DNA of 64,000 bases from a virus. Below, piece after piece: positions 1 to 11,300 of the stretch. Each line of letters opens with the position of its first letter. The first letter of the stretch is position 1. The position numbers were made by a program, and so were the translations under genes. The stretch lies in IMG/VR virus record IMGVR_UViG_3300027754_003435. The stretch is one strand, 5' to 3'. The notes under the pieces are model-generated. The model was not told the origin of the DNA, searched no databases, and was given only the letters and a program-made list of their open reading frames with translations.

Positions 1-1095
1 AGGTGGTGTACCAGGTGGTGGAGGTGGTGGTGGAGGTGGAGGTGGTGTACCGGGTGGTGGTGGAACCGCATCAATTGGTGGCACAACCTCTTCGGTTGTT
101 GGTGGATCTGGTTGCCACGGCACACCCAACCAATAATATGTAGGTATCCATTTCGATGTACTAGGACCAGTACCAGACTGACCTGCCGTAACAGGAGTTG
201 CAGTTGGTGGTGTACCAGGTGCACCGGCTGGTACTGGTGGAGGTGGTGGTGGTGTTCCAGGTGCACCTGGTAATGCGGTTGGAACAATAGGATTTAAGGT
301 TGCCATATCTTCATCGATAACCGAAGGTAAGTTTCTACCGTTTATCGATAATTGTTTTGGGTCTAATGGTCCAGAAGCAGGCGGCGTACCAGGTGGTGTA
401 CCAGGTGGTGTTCCAGGTGGTGTTCCAGGTGGTGTTCCAGGCGCACCTGCTCCTGCTGCTCCTGTTGCTCCTGTTGGAGGACCACCTGCTTTACCAACTG
501 TACTCGTATCACCTGATTTTCCCAATGCAACGGCAGAAGCGGATACTACTGATGTTGTTGCACTAACAGACATATCAGTATTCACATTCCAATTAAAATT
601 TGTTGTTATTCCTGTAAAGCCGAATCTCGATGCACAAGCAACTGCTGCAAATGTTGACCAACCAAACGCTATCCCAATTGGTCTTCCTGGACTAAAGTAG
701 TTTTTCTCAATACCGCCTAAATTCATACCACCCATAGTCACCAATGGATAAACAGTAAAAGAAAAAGAACCTTTTATCATTGAACCCATGGGTCCTTCGT
801 TTGTAACATCTATACTAGTTAGTAACGGAAATTTCGGTAAGTTACGAGTTTCAGAATACATAGTCAACTTACCTGATGAATCTGACATCAACGGTGAATG
901 TGCAAACCCCAAACCAGTAGGACCTCCTCCAATTTTACCCCAACTTTTTTTACCGTATGCCCAATATAAACCACTTCCAACTCCATCACCTGGTGCTCTA
1001 ACTTTAGCACCCAATATAGCACCACGTGCGTTTGCTTCTGCAGCACCTGCACCTGCTACCTTTATAAAAACATTATCGTTATTTTTAAAAGCCAT
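1..1095 (-). CDS. Partial baseplate hub/late-control-D-like protein with Pro/Gly/Thr-rich linker (runs off left edge)
   Basis: Manual translation from ATG at 1095 (SD AGAGG): MAFKNNDNVFIKVAG...LPKFPLLTSIDVTNEGPMGSMIKGSFSFTVYP...YFSPGRPIGIAFGWST..., then GTPP/PPPP repeats. Lies directly downstream of the LysM gene, as expected for a contractile-tail hub. Missing from the ORF track because it has no stop in the window. Confidence 0.55.
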   Translation of the reverse strand, partial: MAFKNNDNVFIKVAGAGAAEANARGAILGAKVRAPGDGVGSGLYWAYGKKSWGKIGGGPTGLGFAHSPLMSDSSGKLTMYSETRNLPKFPLLTSIDVTNEGPMGSMIKGSFSFTVYPLVTMGGMNLGGIEKNYFSPGRPIGIAFGWSTFAAVACASRFGFTGITTNFNWNVNTDMSVSATTSVVSASAVALGKSGDTSTVGKAGGPPTGATGAAGAGAPGTPPGTPPGTPPGTPPGTPPASGPLDPKQLSINGRNLPSVIDEDMATLNPIVPTALPGAPGTPPPPPPVPAGAPGTPPTATPVTAGQSGTGPSTSKWIPTYYWLGVPWQPDPPTTEEVVPPIDAVPPPPGTPPPPPPPPPPPGTPP

Positions 1096-1097
1096 AA

Positions 1098-1433
1098 CTA
1101 CCTCTCATCATTAAAAACATTCAGAATTGCTGCTAAGCCAGTATACTCATCATAAAACGGTATTCTCAAAATAATACCAGATGGAACATTTAACGTGCCT
1201 TTTCCCAAGTTATTAACACGTGCAATAATAAACCAAAGACTTTCATCACCATAATATTCTTTTGCAAGAATATCAAGTCTATCACCTTGCTGTGATAATA
1301 TCTGAACATCTTTGTTATTTCTATAATCTGGATATAATAAAGAAGATAATCTTCTAACCCGTACAACATTACCATCTGATTCTGTTTTTTTTGAGTTGGG
1401 TATTATAGCAGATGAGTGGTATCTATTTGGCAT
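1098..1433 (-). CDS. LysM-fold tail/baseplate protein (P2 gpX / T4 gp53-like)
   Basis: GDRLDILAKEYYGDESLWFIIARVNNL...VPSGIILRIP is a typical single-LysM tail protein motif; it sits between the tube initiator and the hub. Confidence 0.8.
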   Translation of the reverse strand: MPNRYHSSAIIPNSKKTESDGNVVRVRRLSSLLYPDYRNNKDVQILSQQGDRLDILAKEYYGDESLWFIIARVNNLGKGTLNVPSGIILRIPFYDEYTGLAAILNVFNDER

Positions 1434-1623
1434 AATCTACTTTTAAATTAATTGTACATTTTATAGATATAAATATCATTTTTTTCTATAATTTGTTGAA
1501 CTTCTTGTACAATAAAGCCAATTTGTATATCACCTATTTGGCCATGGGATAATTATAAACTATTTTAATGTCTATGTTAGTTTTCAGACTAAAAATAGAA
1601 AGAATTCAACCCATGACAATTCG

Positions 1624-4600
1624 TCACGGGGGAACGGTTGGGGGCGGACCAGATGATGGATCTATAATGGGAATTTCATTTACAGGTTTACCAAACTCTG
1701 CATCGAGTACAGGATTAGCAGCACCACCACTTGGCGGCAATGTTGGTGCAGCCTGTGTTAGTGCTTTAGTTGGGTCAACGTCCGCTAACACCGCGTCACT
1801 TAATTCAGCAACATTTGCTGCATCTAATGGACCAACATCATCGTATGTTCTAAAGTAACTAACTTTGTCACCAGATTTTGGAAGTAAACCATTGTTAGCA
1901 GAAGAATCATCATATAATGAGTAGAACGTACCACCTTTTTCTGGTCTATATACACCAACTGGAGTAAATCCAACGGAAACTTGTATAATTTTTGGTAATT
2001 GTAATGCACCAGGTGCTGATATGTCAGCTCCCTGTGCTAGTTTATCTTCAGGCAATTGAGCGGTTTCCCAATATCCATTAACATTATCAAATGAATAACT
2101 CAGAGAACTAATAAATCCTGGCATTTTTTTGAACAAATTACCAATATTCAATCTACATAATGGAGCTTTCATAAAACCAGATGCATATTCTGGTGCAGTA
2201 TATCCAGCTAAGAAGTTTAATTTACGCCAAGTTGCTTTCATCTCATCACGAGAACCTATATGTATTGTAAATCCAAAACTAACATCTCTTTCATATCCAT
2301 CATACATATAAATTGGGTCTCCACGTCCCATGTACTTGATCGGACTCCATGATGGCTTATGATTATCAGTTATAGTATCAAACGACGCTCTAAACACAAT
2401 TATTTCTGCTGGTTTGTTAGCTGTACCAACTATGTTCAAACTTGAAAAATAGAATTCTATTAAATCATGAGCACCTGGTATATTTGGATTATTGTATGCT
2501 CCAGTTTCATATACAACGTCAGAATTTATAAAACCAGAAGTATGTCTCTTAAAATCAATTATATTAATTCTGTCACCTCTAAACTTAGCACTACCGCCAC
2601 CAACTGTTTTTAATACAGGTACAGACCTACCACCAGAATTCTTATAAGAAACATTGGAAAGAAACGGAAGATTTTTTTGATTTTCTTGTTGTCCATGTTT
2701 CCCAAATCCATGCTTATCTTCTATATTGTTAGTATGATAGCGAGCAACTTTTGGATCTGTTGAAAAATATGCAGCCTTTTTTGTGTCTACCAAATCATGT
2801 CTAAAGTCATTAAAATCTCTTGACCTACCATTCTCACCACGTTTTACTTTTTGTAATTTACTATAGTTCAATGTCATGTATTGTTTTATTTTTTCTGCAT
2901 TCTCATCATAGTTACCGTCTGATAAAAGTTTACCATTTCTATCTGCCATATCTTTAGTTCTTGCCTTAACCCTATCTGCAATACTATCGTATCTTGGTTC
3001 AAATACTTTTGCTTTTTTTAAAAATTCTAATCTATCTGCTTGAACATAACCATCGGCACCAGCGCTAGATGCAGTATCATTTTCGTACTTAGCACCGTTC
3101 AATATGTATACCAAAGAATTCAAAATACCAAAATACTTACCGTCAGACGCCGCTTGTTTTGAAAGTACATCATGGTATTTTTTGTCAGTTAATGCACCAT
3201 AAAATATGTTTACCTTCATCGTGCTTGGAGTAAGATCACCATCTTTTAAAAATATAGGAGACGTTGTATAAACACCAAGATATGGGTGTGTTGCTCTATT
3301 AATAATCGTCGCACCATCACCAAGAGCAGAACCCGGACCACCGTTTTCACTTGAAATTCTAAGAATACTTACATTTCTATTATCGGAAGAGTCCTTTGTT
3401 AAAGTATTAAATGCGTTCGGTAATAATTCTTTCATCAATCCAACTAGTCTGTTATAATTTGTTTTATCGGAAGATGTTGGAGTTGCAAGCCCTGTATACA
3501 CTGATATATCTGTTTTTTCTCTACTTAATGTACTAATCTCATACTTGTTCAATGAATTTTCAGTATCTTCTGTATGAGCAGAACCATGTCTTGATATTCT
3601 TTTTAAAGCACTTAATGCACTTGTATTTTGTATCGTCTGTGTCAATGACAATTTATTATAGAACTGATTTATAGGTTTGCCACTCACCGAAGTACTACCT
3701 TGATTTGGATCAAAATCAACTATTGGATTCATTGCGTATAGTTTACTTTGACGGTCTTCCCATGCCTTTCCTTTGATAGTAGTTAGCCATTTCGATACGC
3801 GTTCAAAATCCCTATTACCTCTATCTTCAACAACTCCAGTACTTGCTCTAAGAAAACCAAATAAAGTATCTGCACCGCTTCCCCATCGCTGTGGGGTTTT
3901 TCTTCCTTTTGTTTGAATACCACGAGTAACAAACGGTTCACGTTTATCACCTGCTTCCAAATTCCAAGCAGCATCTACTAAATAAAATTTATCATATTGC
4001 TCATCTAATTTACCATTATTTACTGCCCATTTTCTTAAATGTCCAAAAACTTCACCTTGAGTATTAGTTGATTGTTTCAAATTAGTTTCATACGTTTCAG
4101 AATAAGAACCTGGCCTTGCTCCAGTTTTTATATTTGGAATCTGATTTTCTAATGTTGATGCAAGCGTACCATCTGCCCACGGTCTTTTACCGAGTGATAA
4201 TGGTGCAAAGTTCTCGCCATCTCTTGTAGTAGTACCAGAACTTCTTGATAATTGAATACCAAGCCTTTCTTGCGCTGTATTCGTATATTTTAAAACAGGT
4301 GATACTATTGGATATAAAGTTCCATCTGATACACTCATGTTTGTTAAGAAACCTCTACGTTCACTTGGTATAAAACCAAAGAAATTAGTAGTAGGTATAT
4401 CAATAACAGCCGACTTCGGAGATCCAGTTTCAGTAGAGTACGAAGAGTACCTAGAGTTAAGTTTAGTTTGTCCTTTATCTATAAAAAATTTAGTAAAGCC
4501 CAACGCATTTGAAAGTATAGATTGACCAATCGCTGTAAAATATTTTGTAGTTGGTGCTTTTACTCTACTTCCATTCCAATCAAATCGTGAGGAGTCTTTT

Positions 4601-7600
4601 AAATATCGTGATAAATCAGAATTTACTGTTAATTCCGATTGATCTGCTAAAGAGTGGAAACCTTTTTTAGTAAATTTATTTTCTTTATCAAAGAAATTAA
4701 CCTCTGGTGAATCTATCCGCTTACCATCCCAATCAAACCTTGATGATTCAGGTATATATTTAGTTGGTTCTTGTTGTTGTGCTAAAGCGTGGAAACCTTG
4801 TTTGGTGAATTGTTTTGTTATATCAAAGAAATTAACCTCTGGAGCAGTTTGACGAGTACCTGTCCAGTCAAATGTTGATGACTCTGGTACATACTTACTT
4901 TCTTCGCTTGTTTCTGCTAATCGGTGAAACCCCGATGTGGTAAATCTATTAGTTATATCAAAGAAATTAACCTCTGGTGAATCTATCCGCTTACCATCCC
5001 AATCAAACCTTGATGATTCAGGTATATATTTAGTTGGTTCTTGTTGGATTGCTAATCTGTGAAATCCACTAGTTGTATATTGACCACTTATATCAAAGAA
5101 GTTTATAGTGGGTGCAGAATTTCTTTTACCATTCCAATCAAACTCTGACGATTCTGGTACATACTTACTTTCTTCTTTAGTTTTAGCCAATCTGTGAAAT
5201 CCACTCGTTGTAAACTTACCAGTTATATCGAAGAAATTAACCTCTGGTGCTGAATTACCCTTCCCATCCCAATCAAACTCTGAAGATTCGGGTACATACT
5301 TACTTTCTTCTTTAGTTTGAGCTAATCTATGAAACCCACTCGTTGTAAACTTACCAGTTATATCAAAGAAATTAACCTCTGGTGCTGAGCTACCTACACC
5401 ATCCCAATCAAATTCTGATGATTCTGGTACATATTTACTTTCTTCTTTAGTTTTAGCCAATCTGTGAAAACCCTGTGCAGTAAATTGACCACCTAGATCA
5501 AAGAAATTCACTTCGGGTGATGAGCCACGTCCTCCATCCCAATCGAACCTTGAAGATTCCGATATATATTTAGTTGGTTCTTGTTGGATTGCTAATCTGT
5601 GAAAACCACTCGTTGTAAATTTACCAGATAAATCAAAGAAATTAACTTCGGGCGCTTTTGGACGAGTTCCATCCCAATCAAACCTTGAAGATTCAGGTAC
5701 ATACTTTGTTAGCTCTTGTTGTAATGCTTTTCTATGGAAACCTTTTTTAGTGAATTTACCAGTTATATCAAAGAAATTTACTTCGGGTGAATTATCAGTT
5801 GTACCGTCCCAATCAAATTCAGAGGATTCTTTTATGTATTTAGATTCGTATTTTTTAGCAAAGTTATGAAATCCATCTTCTGTGAATTTATTTGTCAAAT
5901 CAAAATAATTAACAGCAGGTGCTTCTTTTGTTACACCATCCCAATCAAATATCGATGAGTTTGGTTTATATTTAGTTGGTTCTTGTTGAATTGCCAATCT
6001 ATGAAAACCGTCAGTTGTATATTGTTTATTCAAATCAAAATAATTTACAGTTGGTACACCACTTGGTTGCCCATCCCAATCAAACCTTGAAGCACCATCT
6101 ATATATTTAGTATCTAAATTTTGATGAAATGTACTAAATCCGGCTGTTGTAAATCTGTTACTCGAATCAAAGAAATTTACTCTAGGTGCATCTGTTTTGT
6201 TACCATCCCAATCAAACGTGGAAGCGTCTTCAACATACATCGTTTCTAACCGTCTACTAAAAGAGTTAAATCCGTTTGTTGTATGAGTGTTCTCCAAATC
6301 GAAATAATTTACAGTTGAGGCATTTCTACGTGTGCCATCCCAATCAAACCTTGAAGCATCTTTTTTATATTTTGAGTCAAATAGTTCGTGAAATGTACTA
6401 AATCCTTTTTTTGTAAAATCTTTAATTGTATCAAAGAAATTAACAGCAGGTGAATTTGCATAACCACCTTTCCATGTATAATCGGAAGATTCTGGTATGT
6501 ATTTACTATCCAATCTGATTGGTAACTTACCGAACCCTTCTGTTGTATTAGCACGAGTCCAATCTAAAAAGTCAACAGTTGGTGCTTGTTCCCTATTACC
6601 AATCCAACCATACGTAGAAGAATCTAAAACAAAAGCACTTGAAAGTCTTTCAGTAAATATTTGAAATCCAGTATTTGTATACTGATTTGCTATATCAAAA
6701 AAATTAACGGGAGTTAGTTTCTTAAAAGTTAATTGTGAAGAATCCGTATTAAATTTAGTATCACCAATCTTTGCAAATTTTAAGAATCCCTCCGCATTAA
6801 AATCACTCATAAAGTTAACAGATGGTGAAGACTTTATTCCACCAGTCCAACCATATAATGATTTTCTTTTACCAGGTGTATCGTAATTTGTAACCATCAA
6901 TTGTGCATTAGAAATAAATCCATCAACGTGTATGTCAGAAAACATATTAACACTTTGAACACCGTTGGTTGAAAACAAAGACTTACTTGCAATATCGTTT
7001 CTACCTGATAAGCGTTGTGGAGCTAATCGCATAAGACTTAATTGACTTTCTTCTTGATCATACTTTGTACTTGTATTATAATTTCTTTTACCGGCAAGTA
7101 TGGTAGATTTAGGTACAGTTACTCTCGAACTTGCAACAAATTTTATTGGCTTTCCATCTAAATTCAATTCACTAATATCTTTTAATTTGTCTGTATTACT
7201 TTCTAACCTCAACACTTTAGTATTTGGATTTACAACAAGTCCTTCTTTAATAGTATCAGTTATTATGTTTGGTGTACTTGCTGCTCTTTCAAATGTAAGT
7301 TCTTTTTTTTGAAGTGCAATTTCTGGATCAATTATATTATTAATGGGAGAAAATAACTCTTTATTTATTATTATAAAGTTTGAATTCTTTTCAAACGATA
7401 ACGGTACTGAATTGATTTTTATATTTGGATTTGTTATATTATCGGTAGAGGAAACAGTATCAGTATTTATTTCTGGTGATTCTATATTTCTATCATAAGT
7501 TAAATTTGTTTTATTTATTTTCGTTTCTGGATTAACAACATTGTTTGATGTATTACCAGAATTTGGAGATTTATTTGGTGTTTTATACTCTTCCAATGAT

Positions 7601-8310
7601 GAAACCAATAATTGATTTGGTATTATATTGGATTTATTATTATTTTCACCTATAACTGTTTTTACTATTTCAATATTAGAGTTATTCAATTTACTAACAA
7701 ATTTTTCAATTTGTATATTTGAAAACTTAGATGCTATTTGTTCAAGCGGAACATTATTTAGTCCAGTTCTTAATATTTCTGTATTTTGTGGTGAATATAT
7801 TGAAACCGAATTAATAAGTAAATCTAAACTCTCTGGATTTCGTTTATCATCAACCTCAGTTGAAATCTGTCTTTCTTCTAATGGTAATTTATTTTTTGTA
7901 GGTGGTTTTGATTCTACTTTAGAAGAATTATATCTTTCCTCTAAACTCATAGATTTTGATTTTACTATATCATCCAAATTAGTAGAATCCAATCTATCTT
8001 CTAACTTTATATCATTTTTTATTTTTTTTATTTCATCTAATTTAGTTAAACCAAGTTTGTTGGCTAAACTTGGTTGCATATTTGATTTTTTTATATCATC
8101 TAATTTAGTTTTACTTAAACTATCAACTAATTGTTTAGGTGCAGGTTTTTTAATATCTGGAATTTTATTAATCAAAGAATCAGTTATTGGTTGAGCTGTT
8201 GCAAAGTTTTTATTGCCAGTTGCACTCGATGCTTCTGGAGTATTTTTCTCTTCATTAGAAACTTGCGCTCTATATTTAGAAAGGTCGGATTTTAAATCTA
8301 CTAAAGACAT
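1624..8310 (-). CDS. Giant (2228 aa) baseplate/tail-tube initiator protein with central ~45-aa tandem repeat array
   Basis: C-terminal domain IVFRASFDTITDNHKPSWSPIKYMGRGDPIYMYDGYERDVSFGFTI...LNFL...APLCRLNIGNLF...ISSLSY resembles gp48/gp54/gpU-type tube initiators. Immediately follows the tape measure gene. Confidence 0.7.
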   Translation of the reverse strand: MSLVDLKSDLSKYRAQVSNEEKNTPEASSATGNKNFATAQPITDSLINKIPDIKKPAPKQLVDSLSKTKLDDIKKSNMQPSLANKLGLTKLDEIKKIKNDIKLEDRLDSTNLDDIVKSKSMSLEERYNSSKVESKPPTKNKLPLEERQISTEVDDKRNPESLDLLINSVSIYSPQNTEILRTGLNNVPLEQIASKFSNIQIEKFVSKLNNSNIEIVKTVIGENNNKSNIIPNQLLVSSLEEYKTPNKSPNSGNTSNNVVNPETKINKTNLTYDRNIESPEINTDTVSSTDNITNPNIKINSVPLSFEKNSNFIIINKELFSPINNIIDPEIALQKKELTFERAASTPNIITDTIKEGLVVNPNTKVLRLESNTDKLKDISELNLDGKPIKFVASSRVTVPKSTILAGKRNYNTSTKYDQEESQLSLMRLAPQRLSGRNDIASKSLFSTNGVQSVNMFSDIHVDGFISNAQLMVTNYDTPGKRKSLYGWTGGIKSSPSVNFMSDFNAEGFLKFAKIGDTKFNTDSSQLTFKKLTPVNFFDIANQYTNTGFQIFTERLSSAFVLDSSTYGWIGNREQAPTVDFLDWTRANTTEGFGKLPIRLDSKYIPESSDYTWKGGYANSPAVNFFDTIKDFTKKGFSTFHELFDSKYKKDASRFDWDGTRRNASTVNYFDLENTHTTNGFNSFSRRLETMYVEDASTFDWDGNKTDAPRVNFFDSSNRFTTAGFSTFHQNLDTKYIDGASRFDWDGQPSGVPTVNYFDLNKQYTTDGFHRLAIQQEPTKYKPNSSIFDWDGVTKEAPAVNYFDLTNKFTEDGFHNFAKKYESKYIKESSEFDWDGTTDNSPEVNFFDITGKFTKKGFHRKALQQELTKYVPESSRFDWDGTRPKAPEVNFFDLSGKFTTSGFHRLAIQQEPTKYISESSRFDWDGGRGSSPEVNFFDLGGQFTAQGFHRLAKTKEESKYVPESSEFDWDGVGSSAPEVNFFDITGKFTTSGFHRLAQTKEESKYVPESSEFDWDGKGNSAPEVNFFDITGKFTTSGFHRLAKTKEESKYVPESSEFDWNGKRNSAPTINFFDISGQYTTSGFHRLAIQQEPTKYIPESSRFDWDGKRIDSPEVNFFDITNRFTTSGFHRLAETSEESKYVPESSTFDWTGTRQTAPEVNFFDITKQFTKQGFHALAQQQEPTKYIPESSRFDWDGKRIDSPEVNFFDKENKFTKKGFHSLADQSELTVNSDLSRYLKDSSRFDWNGSRVKAPTTKYFTAIGQSILSNALGFTKFFIDKGQTKLNSRYSSYSTETGSPKSAVIDIPTTNFFGFIPSERRGFLTNMSVSDGTLYPIVSPVLKYTNTAQERLGIQLSRSSGTTTRDGENFAPLSLGKRPWADGTLASTLENQIPNIKTGARPGSYSETYETNLKQSTNTQGEVFGHLRKWAVNNGKLDEQYDKFYLVDAAWNLEAGDKREPFVTRGIQTKGRKTPQRWGSGADTLFGFLRASTGVVEDRGNRDFERVSKWLTTIKGKAWEDRQSKLYAMNPIVDFDPNQGSTSVSGKPINQFYNKLSLTQTIQNTSALSALKRISRHGSAHTEDTENSLNKYEISTLSREKTDISVYTGLATPTSSDKTNYNRLVGLMKELLPNAFNTLTKDSSDNRNVSILRISSENGGPGSALGDGATIINRATHPYLGVYTTSPIFLKDGDLTPSTMKVNIFYGALTDKKYHDVLSKQAASDGKYFGILNSLVYILNGAKYENDTASSAGADGYVQADRLEFLKKAKVFEPRYDSIADRVKARTKDMADRNGKLLSDGNYDENAEKIKQYMTLNYSKLQKVKRGENGRSRDFNDFRHDLVDTKKAAYFSTDPKVARYHTNNIEDKHGFGKHGQQENQKNLPFLSNVSYKNSGGRSVPVLKTVGGGSAKFRGDRINIIDFKRHTSGFINSDVVYETGAYNNPNIPGAHDLIEFYFSSLNIVGTANKPAEIIVFRASFDTITDNHKPSWSPIKYMGRGDPIYMYDGYERDVSFGFTIHIGSRDEMKATWRKLNFLAGYTAPEYASGFMKAPLCRLNIGNLFKKMPGFISSLSYSFDNVNGYWETAQLPEDKLAQGADISAPGALQLPKIIQVSVGFTPVGVYRPEKGGTFYSLYDDSSANNGLLPKSGDKVSYFRTYDDVGPLDAANVAELSDAVLADVDPTKALTQAAPTLPPSGGAANPVLDAEFGKPVNEIPIIDPSSGPPPTVPP
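4545..6855 (-). repeat. Coding tandem repeat, ~135-bp/45-aa unit (FDWDG..x5..P.VNFFD...FT..GFH.LA.....KY..ESS), 14 clear plus ~4 degenerate copies
   Basis: 14 FDW[DNT]G motifs counted in the translation. A near-identical ~85-nt block recurs at 4691 and 4961 (270 bp apart, two units). Confidence 0.95.
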
Positions 8311-8361
8311 TTGCTCATTCTTCCATTAGTTTCATATAAATATAAACATAAAAATATTATG

Positions 8362-11300
8362 TTAAATTCTACGACCATACGAATTATCAGCATTCGATGT
8401 ATACGATTTTTTCAAGTTTAATTCTGTACTAATCGTATCAATTATTTTATCACCAAACTTAATAATTGTTGGTTGAGAAACCGCGGCTGTAAGTACTGAT
8501 ATTAACTGATCTAGTTTTTTCTCAACACCAGACATATTAGCACCACTTGTTGCAGCAGCTACTCCTCCACCTACACCGGTTGTTGGGGCAGGATTAGCGG
8601 TGGTTGTAGTTTGTTGTACCGTAGAAACAGCACCCGCTAAAACAGGTGTACCCGCATTAGATGTTGGTTTTATGGTTGACGTTCTTTTTTCTGCTCCCTT
8701 TTCCCCTTCTTTTGTATCTGCTTCCCCACCCCCAAACATTGAGCCAATACCACCCACAATCGAATCCATTACTTTTGACGCTTTAGAAGCAAGTGAACCC
8801 TGATTCATTTTTTCAAATACTTGACCAAGTTTTTCAATATCCAAGCCTGCAATAGTATCGGCAAGAGTTTTTAATGAAGTGGAGACTTCAATTAAACTCT
8901 TTGCAGAAGCAGATAATTTTTCTGGACTCAATTTATCCAATAAATTATTTATCTGAGATAATGGACTATCACCGCCTAATAACTTACCAACCCCTTCCAT
9001 TAAAGCACTACTCCCCATACTTTCAAGTAAAGACACAAGTGCATCTTTGAATTCATCAAGTTTTCCTGTATCAATACCACCAAGATTCTCTGCCATCATT
9101 TTCATAGCAGAAGACATAGCAACTATTGCCGTCGCTGCAGTTGTTAATTTTTCAGGTTCTAATTCTTTTGTTATTTTAACAATTTGTTCTATTGGACTCT
9201 CCCCTCCTAATAATGAACCAAGTCCAGCTAATCCGGCACCGATGCCTCCACCTGCACCAAACGCTGCAATAGCAACACCTAACGCAGTTACGCCAAGTGC
9301 AACTTTTCCTAAGTTTTCTCCATCAAGATTAGCCAGTCCCATTAACTTGTCAATTATTCCTATTATACCACCTGCAACTGCATTAATTATTTTAACAATA
9401 GCTTCACCAACTACTGTTATTATACCACTTATTCCGTTAAATGCAGTTTCCATGAGTGGCACAACACCTTCCATTGCTTTACCGAGAATCCACATTGCAC
9501 CTGCAAATACTATAAGAGCAACTCCTAATACAGCAAGAACACCTGCTCCCACGAGAAATAGTGGGGCAAATGTGCCTAACAACGCTGCAATACCAACCAA
9601 TCCAAGAAGAGCAATCCCTGCTTTTGCTAAATCTTCCCATGCAATTGACGCGAATAATTGTAGTGCAAGACCAACAACACCTAAAGCAACCCCAAGTATT
9701 AACATTGCGGCTGCACCTTTTATCATTTCTGTACTTGCCTTACTCATCAAATATGCTATTGCAGCCAAACCGAGAAGAGCAACACCTGCTTTTGCCATTG
9801 CATCCCAATCTGTTTTCATAAATTCTTGAACAGCTTTTGCAGTAATAAACAATGCAACAGAAAGAATAACCAATGCAGCGGCACCTTGAATCATTTTTTT
9901 TGCATCTATTTTATTAAATGCTTCTACCAAAGAATCCATGAAACCACCACCCTTTGCACCTTTTGCATCTGGCATTTTTGGTATTTTAGCCCCTCCACCC
10001 TTTCCTAACGCTTTACCTGCAACCTTTCCAAATTTACCACCCACTTTACTAAGTGAACCACCAATATTTTTTAATACTGATTTACCAACATCTGCTGCTT
10101 TGTCCTTCAACATATCCATACCTTTACCAAGTAATGCCTTACCAGCAAAAGCAGCTCCAATCGCAGTTACAACACCAAGGATTCCACCAAAACTGGATTT
10201 AACTGTTTCAACCTGATCAGTCAAGTTACCTGCTGCATCTTTTACATGAACAGTAGATGCACCAATATTTGAGATAAATCCAAGTATAGACATAAGTGGT
10301 GTAACTATGGCAGAGATAAATCCAAATACAGATTTAATTATAGGAACAATCGCTTTAACAGAACTCCCTACCATATCCATAGTATCACCTAATGAATCAC
10401 CTGCCATTAAACTATCAAGCAAAACAGTTGCGATTTCTAATAACGGTGCAATAATTTTCATTGCCTGTTCTTTCAACTTAGTCATTGCATTAGTCATTTT
10501 CTCTTGTAATGTTGCAGATTCTTTGTCTGCTGCCAATTTTTCTATATATGCTTTTTTAGCAGCATCAGTAGTTGTAGATGCTTCTTTTCTTAAATCTGCT
10601 GCATTCTTCAACTGTAATTCTTCTAATTTAGTTGAGTCTAAATGAGCGTCTTTCAATTGCTGTGCCTTCGTCAACATTTCTGTCATCTCTTCAACTTCCA
10701 TTCCCATTGCTTTTGCCATTGACTTCTGTTGTAGACGATTCATAGACTGAAAGTCCGCTAAAGAACCTGCTTGATGTAATAACTCGTCTTGTAATCCGGC
10801 AATATCACCCTGTAATGCAAATTGACGTGCAGCATCAAGATTCAAATTTTTACCAGTTATAACCCTAGCTTCCATTTCCGCTGCAAGTGATGATTCAATA
10901 TCCAACATACCATCACCAATACTTTGAACTTTTTTCAAATCCATACCCAACATTTTAGCTTTTTGTGCTGCAGCGACTAAAGCCACACTTCCACCTTTAA
11001 ATGCAACTGCAACTTCCTTTGGTACGGAAGCAAGAGTTTTCATTGCTGCTTTATCAGTCATTAAGCCCTTTGCCATACCTTGACTTTTATTAACAAGTGA
11101 ACCCATTGATTCACCTGTAAGTGTAGCAAGTGATTTTATGTTTCCAATTTCTTCTGTACTCAATCCAAATTTTTCACTAAGAACGGTAGCATCTTTTGTA
11201 AATTGCTCTAACGCTGTATTTCCACTTTTTATCTGAGCAGCTACATCAAGACCACCGTATAACTCACTAACAGTACCCATTCCTTTAACAACTTGCATAG

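Noticed and set aside
4545-6855. 135-bp repeats as a CRISPR array
   Set aside because: The units are in-frame coding repeats with synonymous divergence, with no constant repeat plus unique spacer structure and no cas genes.
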